Below are positions 47,156-57,094 of a stretch of 64,000 nucleotides of DNA, piece by piece. The stretch is from IMG/VR virus record IMGVR_UViG_3300014204_000113, positions 96,001-160,000 of that record. One strand, written 5' to 3'. Numbering within the stretch: position 1 is the stretch's first letter; each line of letters starts with the position of its first letter. The position numbers were made by a program, and so were the translations under genes. Below the pieces are notes generated by a model. The model saw only the letters and a program-made list of their open reading frames with translations. It searched no databases and had not been told where the DNA came from. This DNA is from a virus (taxonomy: Duplodnaviria > Caudoviricetes).

Positions 47156-48472
47156 TCAAATATCCAACATATTTGCTATCTTATTTTTGTTATAATATCT
47201 TTTGTTTACCATTTCTGAATAAAAAGATTGATGCCATTCTCTATCAAAATTGGCCTTGGTGTTACAAGAGGTGCATAATGTAATTAAATTCTTGGGATGG
47301 CAATTTAATTTATTATAATCAAGATGGTGAATTGTTAATTTATTATCATATTTTTTATTACATAGTGGATTAAGACACATATAATTATCACGCTCTTTAA
47401 TACTTTCTTTGTATTCTTTATCTTTCCACACACAACAATATGGTTCATAAGATTTACCACCTTGCCAATTATAATTGTTTGAACCACTTTGTGAAATAGA
47501 TGATTTTATACTGCCACATTTTCTACATCTATGACCTTGAGAAAAACTATTATAAGAAATAAAAGATATATTTCCACATTCACATTTATATTTTAATTTT
47601 TGATGACATCCTTTATATTCATTAAATAATGGAACACAACCACCTTCTATAAATTTTTCTTTAACAAATTCTAAACTATGTCTTATTTTATCTGAAAATT
47701 TTATAATCCCACATTCTTTACATCTATGGCCTCGCATAAGATTATCAAATGATGTATAAGAAATATTTCCACAACTGCATTGATATTTTAATTTTGTTCT
47801 AGCATCAATATATTCATTAAAGAGAGGGATGCAACCACCTTCTACAAATTTATTTTTTACATATTCAAGACTGTGTTTGCTATTGATATTGCTTCTTTCA
47901 ATTCCACATTTTCTACATCTATGACCATTACAGAAACCATTGAATGTGATTTGTGATTCATTCCCACAACTACATATATATTTTAATTTTTGTTGTGCAT
48001 TTATATATTCATTAAATAATGGGATACATCCTTCTTCTATAAACTTATCTCTTACATATTCTATATCCAATCTTTTCTTTTCTGAAATTCTTTTACCAAC
48101 ACAATTTGAACATCTTGATCCAGATTTAAAACTCGAAAAAGTTATAAAAGATATATTTCCACAATTACATCTATATCTCATTTTAGTGTGGTTATTTTTA
48201 TAATTATCTTCTAAACATTCACACCCATTATCAATAAAAACTTTTTTGACATAGTTAAAATCTAATTTATAAAGTTCTTTATTTTTATCAATATTACAAA
48301 ATTTACATCCACTACCATTTTTTAAACCATTAAGACTAATTTTTGTTATATGACCATTATTACATTTACATTCAAGTGGAATTCTAGCATACTTATATTC
48401 ATTTTCTAATAAAACAAATCCTCTATTCTTAAATTCCCCCCTTGCTATATCTATAGTTATAATTTTAGACAT
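47156..48472 (-). CDS. Free-standing HNH homing endonuclease with tandem Cys-rich repeats
   Basis: Several repeats of EYVK.KFIEGGC.PLFNEY....KLKY.C.CGN.S.I.F..F..GHRC.KCG; NYNWQGG; ERDNYMC...TIHHLDYNKLNCHPKNLITLCTSCN. Confidence 0.8.
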   Translation of the reverse strand: MSKIITIDIARGEFKNRGFVLLENEYKYARIPLECKCNNGHITKISLNGLKNGSGCKFCNIDKNKELYKLDFNYVKKVFIDNGCECLEDNYKNNHTKMRYRCNCGNISFITFSSFKSGSRCSNCVGKRISEKKRLDIEYVRDKFIEEGCIPLFNEYINAQQKLKYICSCGNESQITFNGFCNGHRCRKCGIERSNINSKHSLEYVKNKFVEGGCIPLFNEYIDARTKLKYQCSCGNISYTSFDNLMRGHRCKECGIIKFSDKIRHSLEFVKEKFIEGGCVPLFNEYKGCHQKLKYKCECGNISFISYNSFSQGHRCRKCGSIKSSISQSGSNNYNWQGGKSYEPYCCVWKDKEYKESIKERDNYMCLNPLCNKKYDNKLTIHHLDYNKLNCHPKNLITLCTSCNTKANFDREWHQSFYSEMVNKRYYNKNKIANMLDI

Positions 48473-48475
48473 AAT

Positions 48476-48889
48476 TTAACTCTGACTATAAGCAACATAG
48501 TATATTGACACGCTTTTTTTATAAAAAATTCCATCAACATCCCCTGGTTCGACGGAAGATTCCTTTATTCTAACTTGAACATCGTTGTACGTTGCTAGCG
48601 TTCCCCTTTTAAAGTGGTTATAAATTGCGTCAGCTTTAACAGTAGCAGAATTCCATCCTTCATTTGCTGGATATAAACAATCAATTTGAAACACCCCCGG
48701 AAATTCAGCCCAAGATTGATTCCCAAGAGTTAAAGTTGTAGTCCTCCCTGGCATTAACCAAGCCCTCAAATAGGGCGTTGAAATTGATGGGTCTATCTCA
48801 ATATTTTCCCACGCTATCATCATTGTTGTTGGAGTTAATAAAGAAAGATGTTTATTTAAAGCTGATGCAATATTTGTATTAATCCCCAT
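48476..48889 (-). CDS. Tail terminator / tail completion protein
   Basis: IAWENI...GVFQID..YP..G...ADAI..HFKRG; upstream of the tail tube. Confidence 0.7.
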   Translation of the reverse strand: MGINTNIASALNKHLSLLTPTTMMIAWENIEIDPSISTPYLRAWLMPGRTTTLTLGNQSWAEFPGVFQIDCLYPANEGWNSATVKADAIYNHFKRGTLATYNDVQVRIKESSVEPGDVDGIFYKKSVSIYYVAYSQS

Positions 48890-48893
48890 CCAC

Positions 48894-49544
48894 TTATGCT
48901 CCTAAATTTTCTTTTAACCCACCACTCTGCACAGATGTCACCGCCTCAGAACTTATACTTCCAAATTCTGCCAATGTTATTCTCACCATTCCTCTTGGCG
49001 CTTGCGGCGAACCATAAGGCGGACTTGGATATACTCTACCGCCTTCAAGATAAATTGCATATCTAACATTATTAAATATATATGCGATTAACCCATCATG
49101 AATATCCATGCCACTTTGAATGAATTGCCTGCCTCTATTTATTGTGCCACTAGCTGATTCAAAGATTCCAGATGTCTTTACGGTTTCTGTCGTCTTACCT
49201 TCCCAATAACCAGTAGTTGTTCTTTTTCCTTTAGGTGTTGCTCTACTTACTTTCTTCCAAGTGGTTTTTGACTCAACAGATGATTGAATAGGAGAAGAAT
49301 TAGAAGGAGTCAAACCCACGGCCCAGGCGGATGATAGACGACCTGTGTCCCGCGGTGTCCTCATAACAATCCTTTTAAATACTTCAAACACCATCTTGCG
49401 AATTGCTTTATCAACATTATTTAATGCTTTAGCATTGAACAAATTGACCTGCGCTACGAAATCACCTAGTCCTAAGTTAGAAACTTGGCTTTGACTTCCT
49501 CGAATATACGTACTTGTATGGGTTATTCCCATTTTACGACCCAC
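48894..49544 (-). CDS. HK97 gp10-like neck/tail-completion protein
   Basis: RTPRDTGRL...W, NNVRYAIYLEGG, SPQAPRGMVRIT. Confidence 0.75.
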   Translation of the reverse strand: MGRKMGITHTSTYIRGSQSQVSNLGLGDFVAQVNLFNAKALNNVDKAIRKMVFEVFKRIVMRTPRDTGRLSSAWAVGLTPSNSSPIQSSVESKTTWKKVSRATPKGKRTTTGYWEGKTTETVKTSGIFESASGTINRGRQFIQSGMDIHDGLIAYIFNNVRYAIYLEGGRVYPSPPYGSPQAPRGMVRITLAEFGSISSEAVTSVQSGGLKENLGA

Positions 49545-49764
49545 TCTTGTTAAACAAAGATACTATCATTCCACCAAATCCTTGACTTATAAATATATAA
49601 GTCAGTGCTTGTATCCCACCAGTCATATCTTTTTGAATCCAATAACCGTAATAAACGTACATAAAAATCGCAGTCAAGAAACCGAAGAAGCAGCAAAAAC
49701 ACGCTATGGCAAATATCACATTTGTTCTAATTTCTGATCCATTAACTAAATCTGAAAGTGCCAT
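49534..49764 (-). CDS. Small two-TM membrane protein (holin-like)
   Basis: Two hydrophobic segments. Confidence 0.5.
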   Translation of the reverse strand: MALSDLVNGSEIRTNVIFAIACFCCFFGFLTAIFMYVYYGYWIQKDMTGGIQALTYIFISQGFGGMIVSLFNKSGS

Positions 49765-49766
49765 TT

Positions 49767-50072
49767 TTAATCTCTCTCTGGTTCTGGTTTTGGCCTAGCT
49801 TTTCCGCCCATTCTAGAAGAAATAGAATCAGAAGCACTTCTAGTAAGATATGCTCCCAAACCTCCTGTTCCACCACCACCAACTATCAAACCTAATATTA
49901 ATTTAACAGTCTCACTATCTATTCCTTTACCATGATAAAAACAATGATAACAAACAAGAATTATAGCTAATAAGAATAATATTCCAGTAAGAACCATCAT
50001 AGCGGTAGCTACAATAGTAGGACTATTAACTGTATTATTTGAAGAACTAATATATTCTTGCCACCAAGCCAT
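49767..50072 (-). CDS. Small two-TM membrane protein (holin-like)
   Basis: Two hydrophobic segments and a charged C-terminal tail. Confidence 0.5.
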   Translation of the reverse strand: MAWWQEYISSSNNTVNSPTIVATAMMVLTGILFLLAIILVCYHCFYHGKGIDSETVKLILGLIVGGGGTGGLGAYLTRSASDSISSRMGGKARPKPEPERD

Positions 50073-50074
50073 GA

Positions 50075-50455
50075 TTATTCTCGAAGCAAACCCCTATAGA
50101 AAAGCACTGTCGAAGACGGCTCTAATACAGATATTCCAACAATTCCATATACTTTGCTATTCAAAGTAAGTCTATCACCCAATTCCGGGTCTGAAGTAGC
50201 ATTTGTGGTGAATAAAACGATGCGGTCGTTCTGAAGTATAAGTGTTCCCCCAATGTATGTTTCACCATAACCTTTCAAATAAGTTTTAGTAGGCGTCACA
50301 TCAACTAAATTAATATTGTAAACAGCAGATGAAGAAGAAGCATAAATTCCCTGGGACGCTAAAAATGTCCCCATAGTGAAGTGCTTCAAAACACCAACTG
50401 TCCCAAATTTGGTGATAAGTTTATTGGTTCTATTTGCTAATGCAGTATAATTCAC
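50075..50455 (-). CDS. Head closure / head-tail joining protein
   Basis: LITKFG...GTLILQNDR...PELGDRL; position in the morphogenesis module. Confidence 0.65.
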   Translation of the reverse strand: MNYTALANRTNKLITKFGTVGVLKHFTMGTFLASQGIYASSSSAVYNINLVDVTPTKTYLKGYGETYIGGTLILQNDRIVLFTTNATSDPELGDRLTLNSKVYGIVGISVLEPSSTVLFYRGLLRE

Positions 50456-50458
50456 TTA

Positions 50459-50968
50459 TTATGCTCTCTGGATGATAATTGCATTTTTTGAGCGGACCCA
50501 TTCTCTGAGTAATGTATCTATATATGGTTGTGAAGGAACTTGCTGCGCGCCACCAGAATCATATTGTATTTCTACTACATCAACTTTTTCTCTAATGACA
50601 TTACCAGTAGTATCATTATCTGGTAATGGATCATCACCATTAAGAAATCTATAAGCAAGTTCTGCTTGCACCCACTTGATTTGAAGGGGGATCGCTGTAC
50701 TACTGATATAGAATAAATTTTTATCAGTTACATTTCTTCTAGGCCATTCAAGAGGTTGGGTTGATAGTGCTTTAGTACCGATCCAATTTTGCAATTCCAT
50801 AAAGTAGCAAGAACGGATCAATGCGGCACTTTGTGTAGTTGTGGTTCCAGAAGCCCAATTAGTTAGCTTTCCAATGTTTGTAAAATATGAAGTTGCAGAA
50901 GCAATACTTAGATATGAATTCGCGGATGCTAAGGTGCCCACGCCAGTTTCCACAACAATTTCAGGCAT
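50459..50968 (-). CDS. Head-tail adaptor (DnaT_2-like family)
   Basis: IVVETG...ANSY.S...QPLEWPR...IPLQIK..QAELA...REKVDVVEIQY. Confidence 0.75.
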   Translation of the reverse strand: MPEIVVETGVGTLASANSYLSIASATSYFTNIGKLTNWASGTTTTQSAALIRSCYFMELQNWIGTKALSTQPLEWPRRNVTDKNLFYISSTAIPLQIKWVQAELAYRFLNGDDPLPDNDTTGNVIREKVDVVEIQYDSGGAQQVPSQPYIDTLLREWVRSKNAIIIQRA

Positions 50969-51158
50969 TTACATTACTCCTATTCCCAAAACTTCCACCA
51001 AGATTTCTTTTCTGGTAAATCATAAATCACTTTAACAATATCACTAATCGACATCTTTCTTTGTTCTAATAATTTTATCTCTCTACGCATTTCTAGTATA
51101 TTTTTGACAATGAATTTCTTTTGTTTTAATGAAAAATTCATTATTGGAATCCAACCTT

Positions 51159-51368
51159 TTAAAAACCTCTTAGCCTTGAACTTCTTGAACGGGGGTCAGA
51201 TGCCGTTCCTTTCAGCTTTGACAATCTCATCGACTTGGGAATTTTTGTTTTAATCGCCTTCTTCTTTTTCTTTTTATCTTTTGGGTTTTTCTTACCTTTT
51301 TGTGACTTGTTAGCCATATCCTCACCAACTTCCCTCTTGGTTAAACCTATTAAAGTTGTCGATGACAT
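51159..51368 (-). CDS. Small Lys-rich basic protein
   Basis: KKNPKDKKKKKK-rich. Confidence 0.5.
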   Translation of the reverse strand: MSSTTLIGLTKREVGEDMANKSQKGKKNPKDKKKKKKAIKTKIPKSMRLSKLKGTASDPRSRSSRLRGF

Positions 51369-51595
51369 TACTTTTTCTTTTTCTTAGCCCCAACCTTTTT
51401 CATATTACGCGCAAAGTTAGCGCGCTTTACTGTAGTGAGACTAAATTGGTCTGTATTATTCATAACCTTATCAGCAAATTCTTGAACGCCCATACCTGCC
51501 TTTTTTGCTTGGGCCGTAAAAGTTCCTTCTTTCAAATCCTTTGGAATCCATTTTTTCTTAGCGGGTTTAATTTTTTTTGTTTTAGTAGTACCCAA
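51368..51595 (-). CDS. Small basic protein
   Basis: KKWI...KEGTFTAQAKKAGM...KRANFARN; AGGAG RBS. Confidence 0.6.
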   Translation of the reverse strand: MGTTKTKKIKPAKKKWIPKDLKEGTFTAQAKKAGMGVQEFADKVMNNTDQFSLTTVKRANFARNMKKVGAKKKKK

Positions 51596-51606
51596 GGTGT
51601 ATTCTC

Positions 51607-51789
51607 CTAATCTATCATCTCAACCTTACAACCAACAATCTTAATGCCCAATTTCATTATCTTTTTACCTAACCACATTCTAAATCTGAACATAGGATTG
51701 ATGTTAAATCTAATCTGAATGCATACTTCTCTGAATAAATCAGAAGCGTTAATGTTTACTGTTTCAAGAGGTTGTTGATTATTCATCAT
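51607..51789 (-). CDS. Hypothetical protein
   Basis: Short ORF with a purine-rich RBS. Confidence 0.5.
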   Translation of the reverse strand: MMNNQQPLETVNINASDLFREVCIQIRFNINPMFRFRMWLGKKIMKLGIKIVGCKVEMID

Positions 51790-51825
51790 TTCCCCTTTCC
51801 CTTTTTCTTTCCACCTTTACATTTG

Positions 51826-52335
51826 TTATTCATTAGGGGTGTCCTTTTCTCTGTCTTTGGCATACCATCTTATGTCTTGTCTACGCGCAGGTGCTCCCCA
51901 CCATAATTCATTAGCAGGTACGTCACGAGTCACAACACTTCCGGCTCCAATTGTTGCTCCCTCACCTATGGTCACTGGGCAAACTAATGTGCTATTCGCA
52001 CCCACGGTAGCCCCTTTTTTAATGATTATTTTTTCATATTTTCCGCGGCGGCCAGCCTTTGGTTTTTTGACATTTGTAAGTACACAAGATGGTCCTAAAA
52101 AAACTTCATCTTCAATAATGCACCCATCAAAAATTGAAACATTATTTTGTATGCGAACACCATCACCAATGCGGGCTGTTGCCGCTACAAAACACCCTTG
52201 CGAAATTACACAATTTTTGCCGATGACCGCACCGGCCATGATATGGGAAAAACGCCATACTTTCGTCCCTTCCCCTATTTGGCAGCCAGCTTCCGCGTCT
52301 GCAAGCGGGTGGATATAGATGGGAGGTTTATACAT
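51826..52335 (-). CDS. Hexapeptide-repeat N-acetyltransferase (WbpD/WlbB-like); start at ATG 52335
   Basis: IGEGTKVWRFSHI...IQNNVSIFDG...FLGPSCVLTN...IGAGSVVTRDVP; AAGGAG RBS. Confidence 0.85.
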   Translation of the reverse strand: MYKPPIYIHPLADAEAGCQIGEGTKVWRFSHIMAGAVIGKNCVISQGCFVAATARIGDGVRIQNNVSIFDGCIIEDEVFLGPSCVLTNVKKPKAGRRGKYEKIIIKKGATVGANSTLVCPVTIGEGATIGAGSVVTRDVPANELWWGAPARRQDIRWYAKDREKDTPNE

Positions 52336-53335
52336 AAATTGCTTCTCCTTTTGGAGTTGAGTTATATTTATATTCTTTACATTTCCTAAAATCATAATAT
52401 GTACAACCATCTTGTTGATGAACAAGTTTATGACAATCTACACATAAAGTAATACACATATCTAGGTCAGCACTTTCAATTGGATTTATCCAAATTCCTT
52501 CATAATGATGACAATGAATTTCACCGCCTCTTATTTCACACCGCTGGCATGTATAGTCGTCTAATTCAAATCTCATCTGTCTCAGTTCTGGTTGAACTTC
52601 TCTGTTAAGAGGAATTGTTCCATTCATATAATTTAAATAAGATTTTTCAGTTTTATGAAACAAAGGACATGATTTTTGACATCCCGTAGAACAGTATAGA
52701 TTATTCTCTCTTATAGAAGTTCCTTCAATAAAACGACACCTCTCCATTGCTTCTTTTGGCTTAGGAGAAAATTTCTTTCCACAATATTTACACTTCACTT
52801 GTAATACTTCTGGTTCATTTGGATGCCTATTTACTTCTTCCCCTCCAGCAATTAATCTATCTGCATAGGTATCATAATCTGCATAACCAAGTTGGTTTGC
52901 TTTTTTTATAAAATTTTTTCTTTGCGTTTCTCTTGCTGTTCTACTAATTAAACATCCACAAGCCTTAGTTGTTCCTTTAACAAGATGGTCATCTCTAACA
53001 ATAGTTTCGTTACCACAATCACATTTACATAACCAATATGTTACATTTCTATTTCTTTCTATCTTAATAACTTTTTCTAAAACTATTAACTTGTTATATT
53101 TTTCACCAATTCTATTAACCATATGTTTTTTCATTCTTTTTTCTAGGGTATAAGCAAATGCGCATTTTCTACTGCAAAATATTCCTATATTGGAAGTATC
53201 ACTAAAACTATCTTCTCCACAGTGTAAACATTTTATAATTTTAAAATATCTAACACATCTACCTGGATTATTATACCTAAACAATTCCTCACTTATCCAC
53301 ACTCCATTCTTTAAGACTTCTTCAGTTATTTTCAA
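52328..53335 (-). CDS. Free-standing HNH endonuclease
   Basis: WLCKCDCGN...CGC module; C-terminal DDYTCQRC...HCHH...CITLCVDCH. Confidence 0.75.
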   Translation of the reverse strand: MKITEEVLKNGVWISEELFRYNNPGRCVRYFKIIKCLHCGEDSFSDTSNIGIFCSRKCAFAYTLEKRMKKHMVNRIGEKYNKLIVLEKVIKIERNRNVTYWLCKCDCGNETIVRDDHLVKGTTKACGCLISRTARETQRKNFIKKANQLGYADYDTYADRLIAGGEEVNRHPNEPEVLQVKCKYCGKKFSPKPKEAMERCRFIEGTSIRENNLYCSTGCQKSCPLFHKTEKSYLNYMNGTIPLNREVQPELRQMRFELDDYTCQRCEIRGGEIHCHHYEGIWINPIESADLDMCITLCVDCHKLVHQQDGCTYYDFRKCKEYKYNSTPKGEAIYV

Positions 53336-53336
53336 A

Positions 53337-54224
53337 CTATTTCTCCATTTTTGAAGTTTTATATGATTCTTTCATATTATGTATTAATTCAATGGCTGAT
53401 CTTGCGTCTTCAATTCCGTATCCAATTCCTTGCAAAATATTTGAGTAAACGCTTACGTGTAAATCTGTGAACCCTTGGTCCAAATTCAACACATATTCAT
53501 CTATTTCAAAACATCTTTTTGGAAGCCCTTCAATCACATCATCCTTATCACATGATAAAAACCATTCTACATTTCCTTTTTCAAGATGTAATTTTCCATG
53601 TGCTTTATTATGAGATAAAGAAAATAATTCTGCTTTGTTGCAATTTCCCATCAAAAAACAGCAAGCATCAAAAAGATGAATTCCTAAATTGTATAAAATA
53701 GAACCAGACTTTTCTTCTATTCCTTTCCAACATCCTGAAAAATACCACGGTCCACGCGGGGTTACATAGCGTAAATTTCCATTATATTCATTGTAATCAC
53801 TTGCTTCTAGAACTTCTTTCAATCTAACTAAATCTTTATGAAGTCTAAGTTGTAATATAGACCAAACTTTCTTTCCAGTAGTTTGTTCAAGGGTAGATAA
53901 TTCATGTAAATGTTCTGGTTTAATCACAAGAGGTTTTTCACATATCACATCACAGCCACTTTCAAGTCCGAACTTTATTTGTTCAAAATGGTTGTAATTG
54001 GGAGTTGTCACACATAAATAATCCGGTTTGTTTTCCTTGCAATAGTTTCTAAATTTATTTTCATCTCTAAAAAAAAGACAATCATTGAAGTACGCATCTA
54101 TCGAACCGACCACATCATGAGTAGTATCACAAATAGCAAGAAGTTCACCGCCATTCTCTTTAATGGCACGGAAGTGTTTGGGGGAAACGTATCCAACCCC
54201 AACTAACGCGAATTTTGGTTTCAT
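53337..54224 (-). CDS. Gfo/Idh/MocA oxidoreductase (WbpB/WlbA-like UDP-GlcNAcA 3-dehydrogenase)
   Basis: FALVGVGYVSPKH, TPNYNH, ICEKPLV, ILQLRLH, RGPWY..WKG..KSG, NLGIHLFD, GFTDLH. Confidence 0.85.
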   Translation of the reverse strand: MKPKFALVGVGYVSPKHFRAIKENGGELLAICDTTHDVVGSIDAYFNDCLFFRDENKFRNYCKENKPDYLCVTTPNYNHFEQIKFGLESGCDVICEKPLVIKPEHLHELSTLEQTTGKKVWSILQLRLHKDLVRLKEVLEASDYNEYNGNLRYVTPRGPWYFSGCWKGIEEKSGSILYNLGIHLFDACCFLMGNCNKAELFSLSHNKAHGKLHLEKGNVEWFLSCDKDDVIEGLPKRCFEIDEYVLNLDQGFTDLHVSVYSNILQGIGYGIEDARSAIELIHNMKESYKTSKMEK

Positions 54225-54405
54225 TCATTCACCCTTTATTTTTTCTTCTTAGTTTTAGTTTTCTTAACTATCTTAACTATTTTTACAGTTTTATTGTGAA
54301 GTTCGCTTTTTAATTTATTCTTTTGAGTTTCGCTCATTGTTGATCCCTTACTTAACAAAAATCTGACCTGCTTAAGTGTTTTAGTTTTAGCCATATTTAA
54401 TTACC

Positions 54406-55632
54406 TCACTGATTCACTACTACTTTAAACACATCCAAATTATAATTTTTATCTTTTTCTACTTCATTTTTAAATTCAATATCACTTATTAAATTACTTA
54501 GACCCATACCATTCAAGTTTGTTTTTAATTCTTGGATTATATCAGGGGGAGCGGTTGATAATTGTGGTTTAATGGAATTTAATGCATTCACTCCCTCGTG
54601 AAGACTAGCGACCGATAAGCGATAAACTTGGAGGAGTAGGGAGTCTTCGCGAAGTGTGAAGTAGAACTGGCCGCCGCGATTTTCTGGCGACTGTGACATT
54701 TCCCTATAGCCCCTAATAAATCGCCGTGCTCCATCTGCCATCACTGCCAAGTTATTATTTGCTGCACCCCAATCACTTAACGCATATGCCAAATCAGGAT
54801 CATAAGGATTTTCTTTTAACGCCTCAATATTCAATTTATATGCTTCTTCCATCTTTCCGGTTTCAAAATACGACTTTATGATGGTATAGAATATTGTTTT
54901 ATTAAATTTGCTGGGATCAATTTTATCTTTCAAACTAATATACCACTTTCCATACTTTATTGATTCTTCTGTATATCCATGATGTCCCAAAAGCTGACTT
55001 AGGTAAAAAAGCGTGTCGAGACGCCTTGGATTACCATCTTCATCCAAGTCTTCCATTTCTTTCATCAATAAACTATGCGTTCTTTCAAACTTCAATTGCA
55101 TTTTTTCTTCAGACAAATCGTATCCATAATGTTCTATTTCCAGCATGTCACAAAGAACTGCCGCGCCTTCGAATATAGGTGAATTATGAATCCTATGTTT
55201 ATATTCTACTTTGCCTTTCTTGAACAACCTGGCACTATTGCAAGACATTACTGTTTGGCCTTGTTGCATATCTCTGATTGGAATAGCAACAACATTGTAT
55301 TTGTCTTGTACCATTTCTAACCATTTCTTTAATTTGTTCTTATTAAAATCTGGTGAAGTAATTAACTTCTCATCTGCATCTATTATCAAAATCCAACTTG
55401 CGCCATTTTCTTCCGCATATTTAATAGATTGATTCCTATGTAGACTGAAATTGTTCTGCCAAGGTGAATGGTATATTTTAACATTATTAAATGATTCTAA
55501 AATAGAAACTGTCCGATCTTTGCTACCTGTATCTACCACGCAAATATTATCAACAGTTCCTTTCAAGGAGTTTAAACATTGTTTGATGAATTTTTCTTCA
55601 TCCTTAACCATAAGACACGCAGTAAGTTTCAT
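54406..55632 (-). CDS. Family 2 glycosyltransferase with C-terminal TPR-like region
   Basis: CLMVKDEE, VDTGSKD, FSLHRN, IDADE, HYGY followed by helical repeats. Confidence 0.85.
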   Translation of the reverse strand: MKLTACLMVKDEEKFIKQCLNSLKGTVDNICVVDTGSKDRTVSILESFNNVKIYHSPWQNNFSLHRNQSIKYAEENGASWILIIDADEKLITSPDFNKNKLKKWLEMVQDKYNVVAIPIRDMQQGQTVMSCNSARLFKKGKVEYKHRIHNSPIFEGAAVLCDMLEIEHYGYDLSEEKMQLKFERTHSLLMKEMEDLDEDGNPRRLDTLFYLSQLLGHHGYTEESIKYGKWYISLKDKIDPSKFNKTIFYTIIKSYFETGKMEEAYKLNIEALKENPYDPDLAYALSDWGAANNNLAVMADGARRFIRGYREMSQSPENRGGQFYFTLREDSLLLQVYRLSVASLHEGVNALNSIKPQLSTAPPDIIQELKTNLNGMGLSNLISDIEFKNEVEKDKNYNLDVFKVVVNQ

Positions 55633-55667
55633 TTATTTTCCCTTTTGTTTTTATTCCAAGGCTTTAA

Positions 55668-56054
55668 TTAAGGTCTACCACCAGTTTTAATAAAATAGTT
55701 CATAGTTCCAGAAGTATAATTATCAGTTTTAATTCCAACTCTAATACTACAAGCCACGCCATAATCCAATGCTACAACTTGATTGCCAGTATATGAAGAC
55801 AGATCATACCAAGTAGCAGGAGTCGCAGCCGTACTCAAAGATAGTTGTGAAAATACGGTTGCGGTCCATGTGCCAGAAAAAACAACTAAGGCTTTTCCTA
55901 ATCCGTAAATTGGAAGTGATGTTCCAAATGAGTTGGATGTGGCTATGGAACCTGATTTTTGATTGACGCTTGTAATGCCATAATCAGTAATTTGTAAAAG
56001 TTGGTCAGAATGCTTGTCTCTTAAGTTAGTATAGTTCGAGGTCGGTATCGCCAT
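55668..56054 (-). CDS. Putative virion structural protein
   Basis: S/T-rich beta-type sequence (SGTWTATV) within the head module. Confidence 0.5.
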   Translation of the reverse strand: MAIPTSNYTNLRDKHSDQLLQITDYGITSVNQKSGSIATSNSFGTSLPIYGLGKALVVFSGTWTATVFSQLSLSTAATPATWYDLSSYTGNQVVALDYGVACSIRVGIKTDNYTSGTMNYFIKTGGRP

Positions 56055-56073
56055 AAGTTTACTCCGTTAAAAT

Positions 56074-56616
56074 TTACTTATTCGTACTTATATATAATTC
56101 TAAATAACGATCTAATTTATTGTCTATAGATTTCAAACGGTCTTTAAGGTCTATCAAATCACTTTTCGAAACATAATCTGATGGTAATCTTTCTCTTAAG
56201 GATATTTGACGCTTGTTGACTTCTTTAATTTCCAACCAAATAGACCTGCATTCTTCAACAAGAGAAGTGATAGTTGTCGTGAACCCACTATGTTCTTGAC
56301 AAGTTTGAAGTTCAAGTGCTTCTGGATTACACCCAACATTAACTTTGTCTTTAGTAAAGGTAACTATGTTGTATTTGATCATGAAGAAGCCTACTAAAAG
56401 AAAAACTCCAGCCACAACAACTAACGCTATAATAGCTCCAACAAGCGTGTCTAAGACACTAAAATCGATTTGGCCACTACCAGAAATCCCAGTTACATTA
56501 GTAGGAACGCCAGAATTTCCCATCGCAACAGTTATAGAAATAGTTCCTATAAATAAAACAAATAAAAATAGGAACAAGAAATATTTTAATTTTTTGTTTT
56601 TAAATTTAATAGTCAA
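56074..56616 (-). CDS. Membrane protein with C-terminal coiled coil
   Basis: Two hydrophobic segments; YVSKSDL..LKDRL..IDNKLD tail. Confidence 0.55.
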   Translation of the reverse strand: MTIKFKNKKLKYFLFLFLFVLFIGTISITVAMGNSGVPTNVTGISGSGQIDFSVLDTLVGAIIALVVVAGVFLLVGFFMIKYNIVTFTKDKVNVGCNPEALELQTCQEHSGFTTTITSLVEECRSIWLEIKEVNKRQISLRERLPSDYVSKSDLIDLKDRLKSIDNKLDRYLELYISTNK

Positions 56617-56747
56617 CGCATAACTCCCCCAAAAAGAAAAAGGACAATTTCAACACTTTAAATTAAGGCAAAATTGTCCCGTAGTTTTATCCAATGTAAT
56701 GCTCCACTTATGCTTCTCCGCTAGCAATTAATATCAAAGACATAAAT

Positions 56748-57029
56748 TTAAAGTTTTTCAAAATGGGAAGGAATGAATTCACCTTCCTGAAATAGTTCGG
56801 TTTCGCCTTGGAGATAAAGTTTCTTCTTGGTAGAAACCCAACATTTGTTGCGACAAATATATTTCTTGGGCCAAGTTTCTTCCACAACTTCTGGTTCAAC
56901 AACCACTTCTTCTTTGACTTCCACAACTGGTTCTAGAATCATTTCTTCAACAGATTCCACAATAGGTTCAATAACTTCTTCAACTTTATCTTCATATACA
57001 TCGTTAAAGGCTGACTTCATTTTAGCCAT
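56748..57029 (-). CDS. Acidic (E/V-rich) hypothetical protein
   Basis: GGAG RBS; follows the cement protein gene. Confidence 0.55.
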   Translation of the reverse strand: MAKMKSAFNDVYEDKVEEVIEPIVESVEEMILEPVVEVKEEVVVEPEVVEETWPKKYICRNKCWVSTKKKLYLQGETELFQEGEFIPSHFEKL

Positions 57030-57054
57030 AAATTAATCTCCAATCAAAAAGGTT

Positions 57055-57086
57055 CTGAAAAGGGAGACGCCAATCTCCCTTTTCAG
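57055..57086 (-). terminator. Hairpin after the cement gene
   Basis: CTGAAAAGGGAGA-cgccaa-TCTCCCTTTTCAG inverted repeat. Confidence 0.55.
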
Positions 57087-57094
57087 GTTAATGG

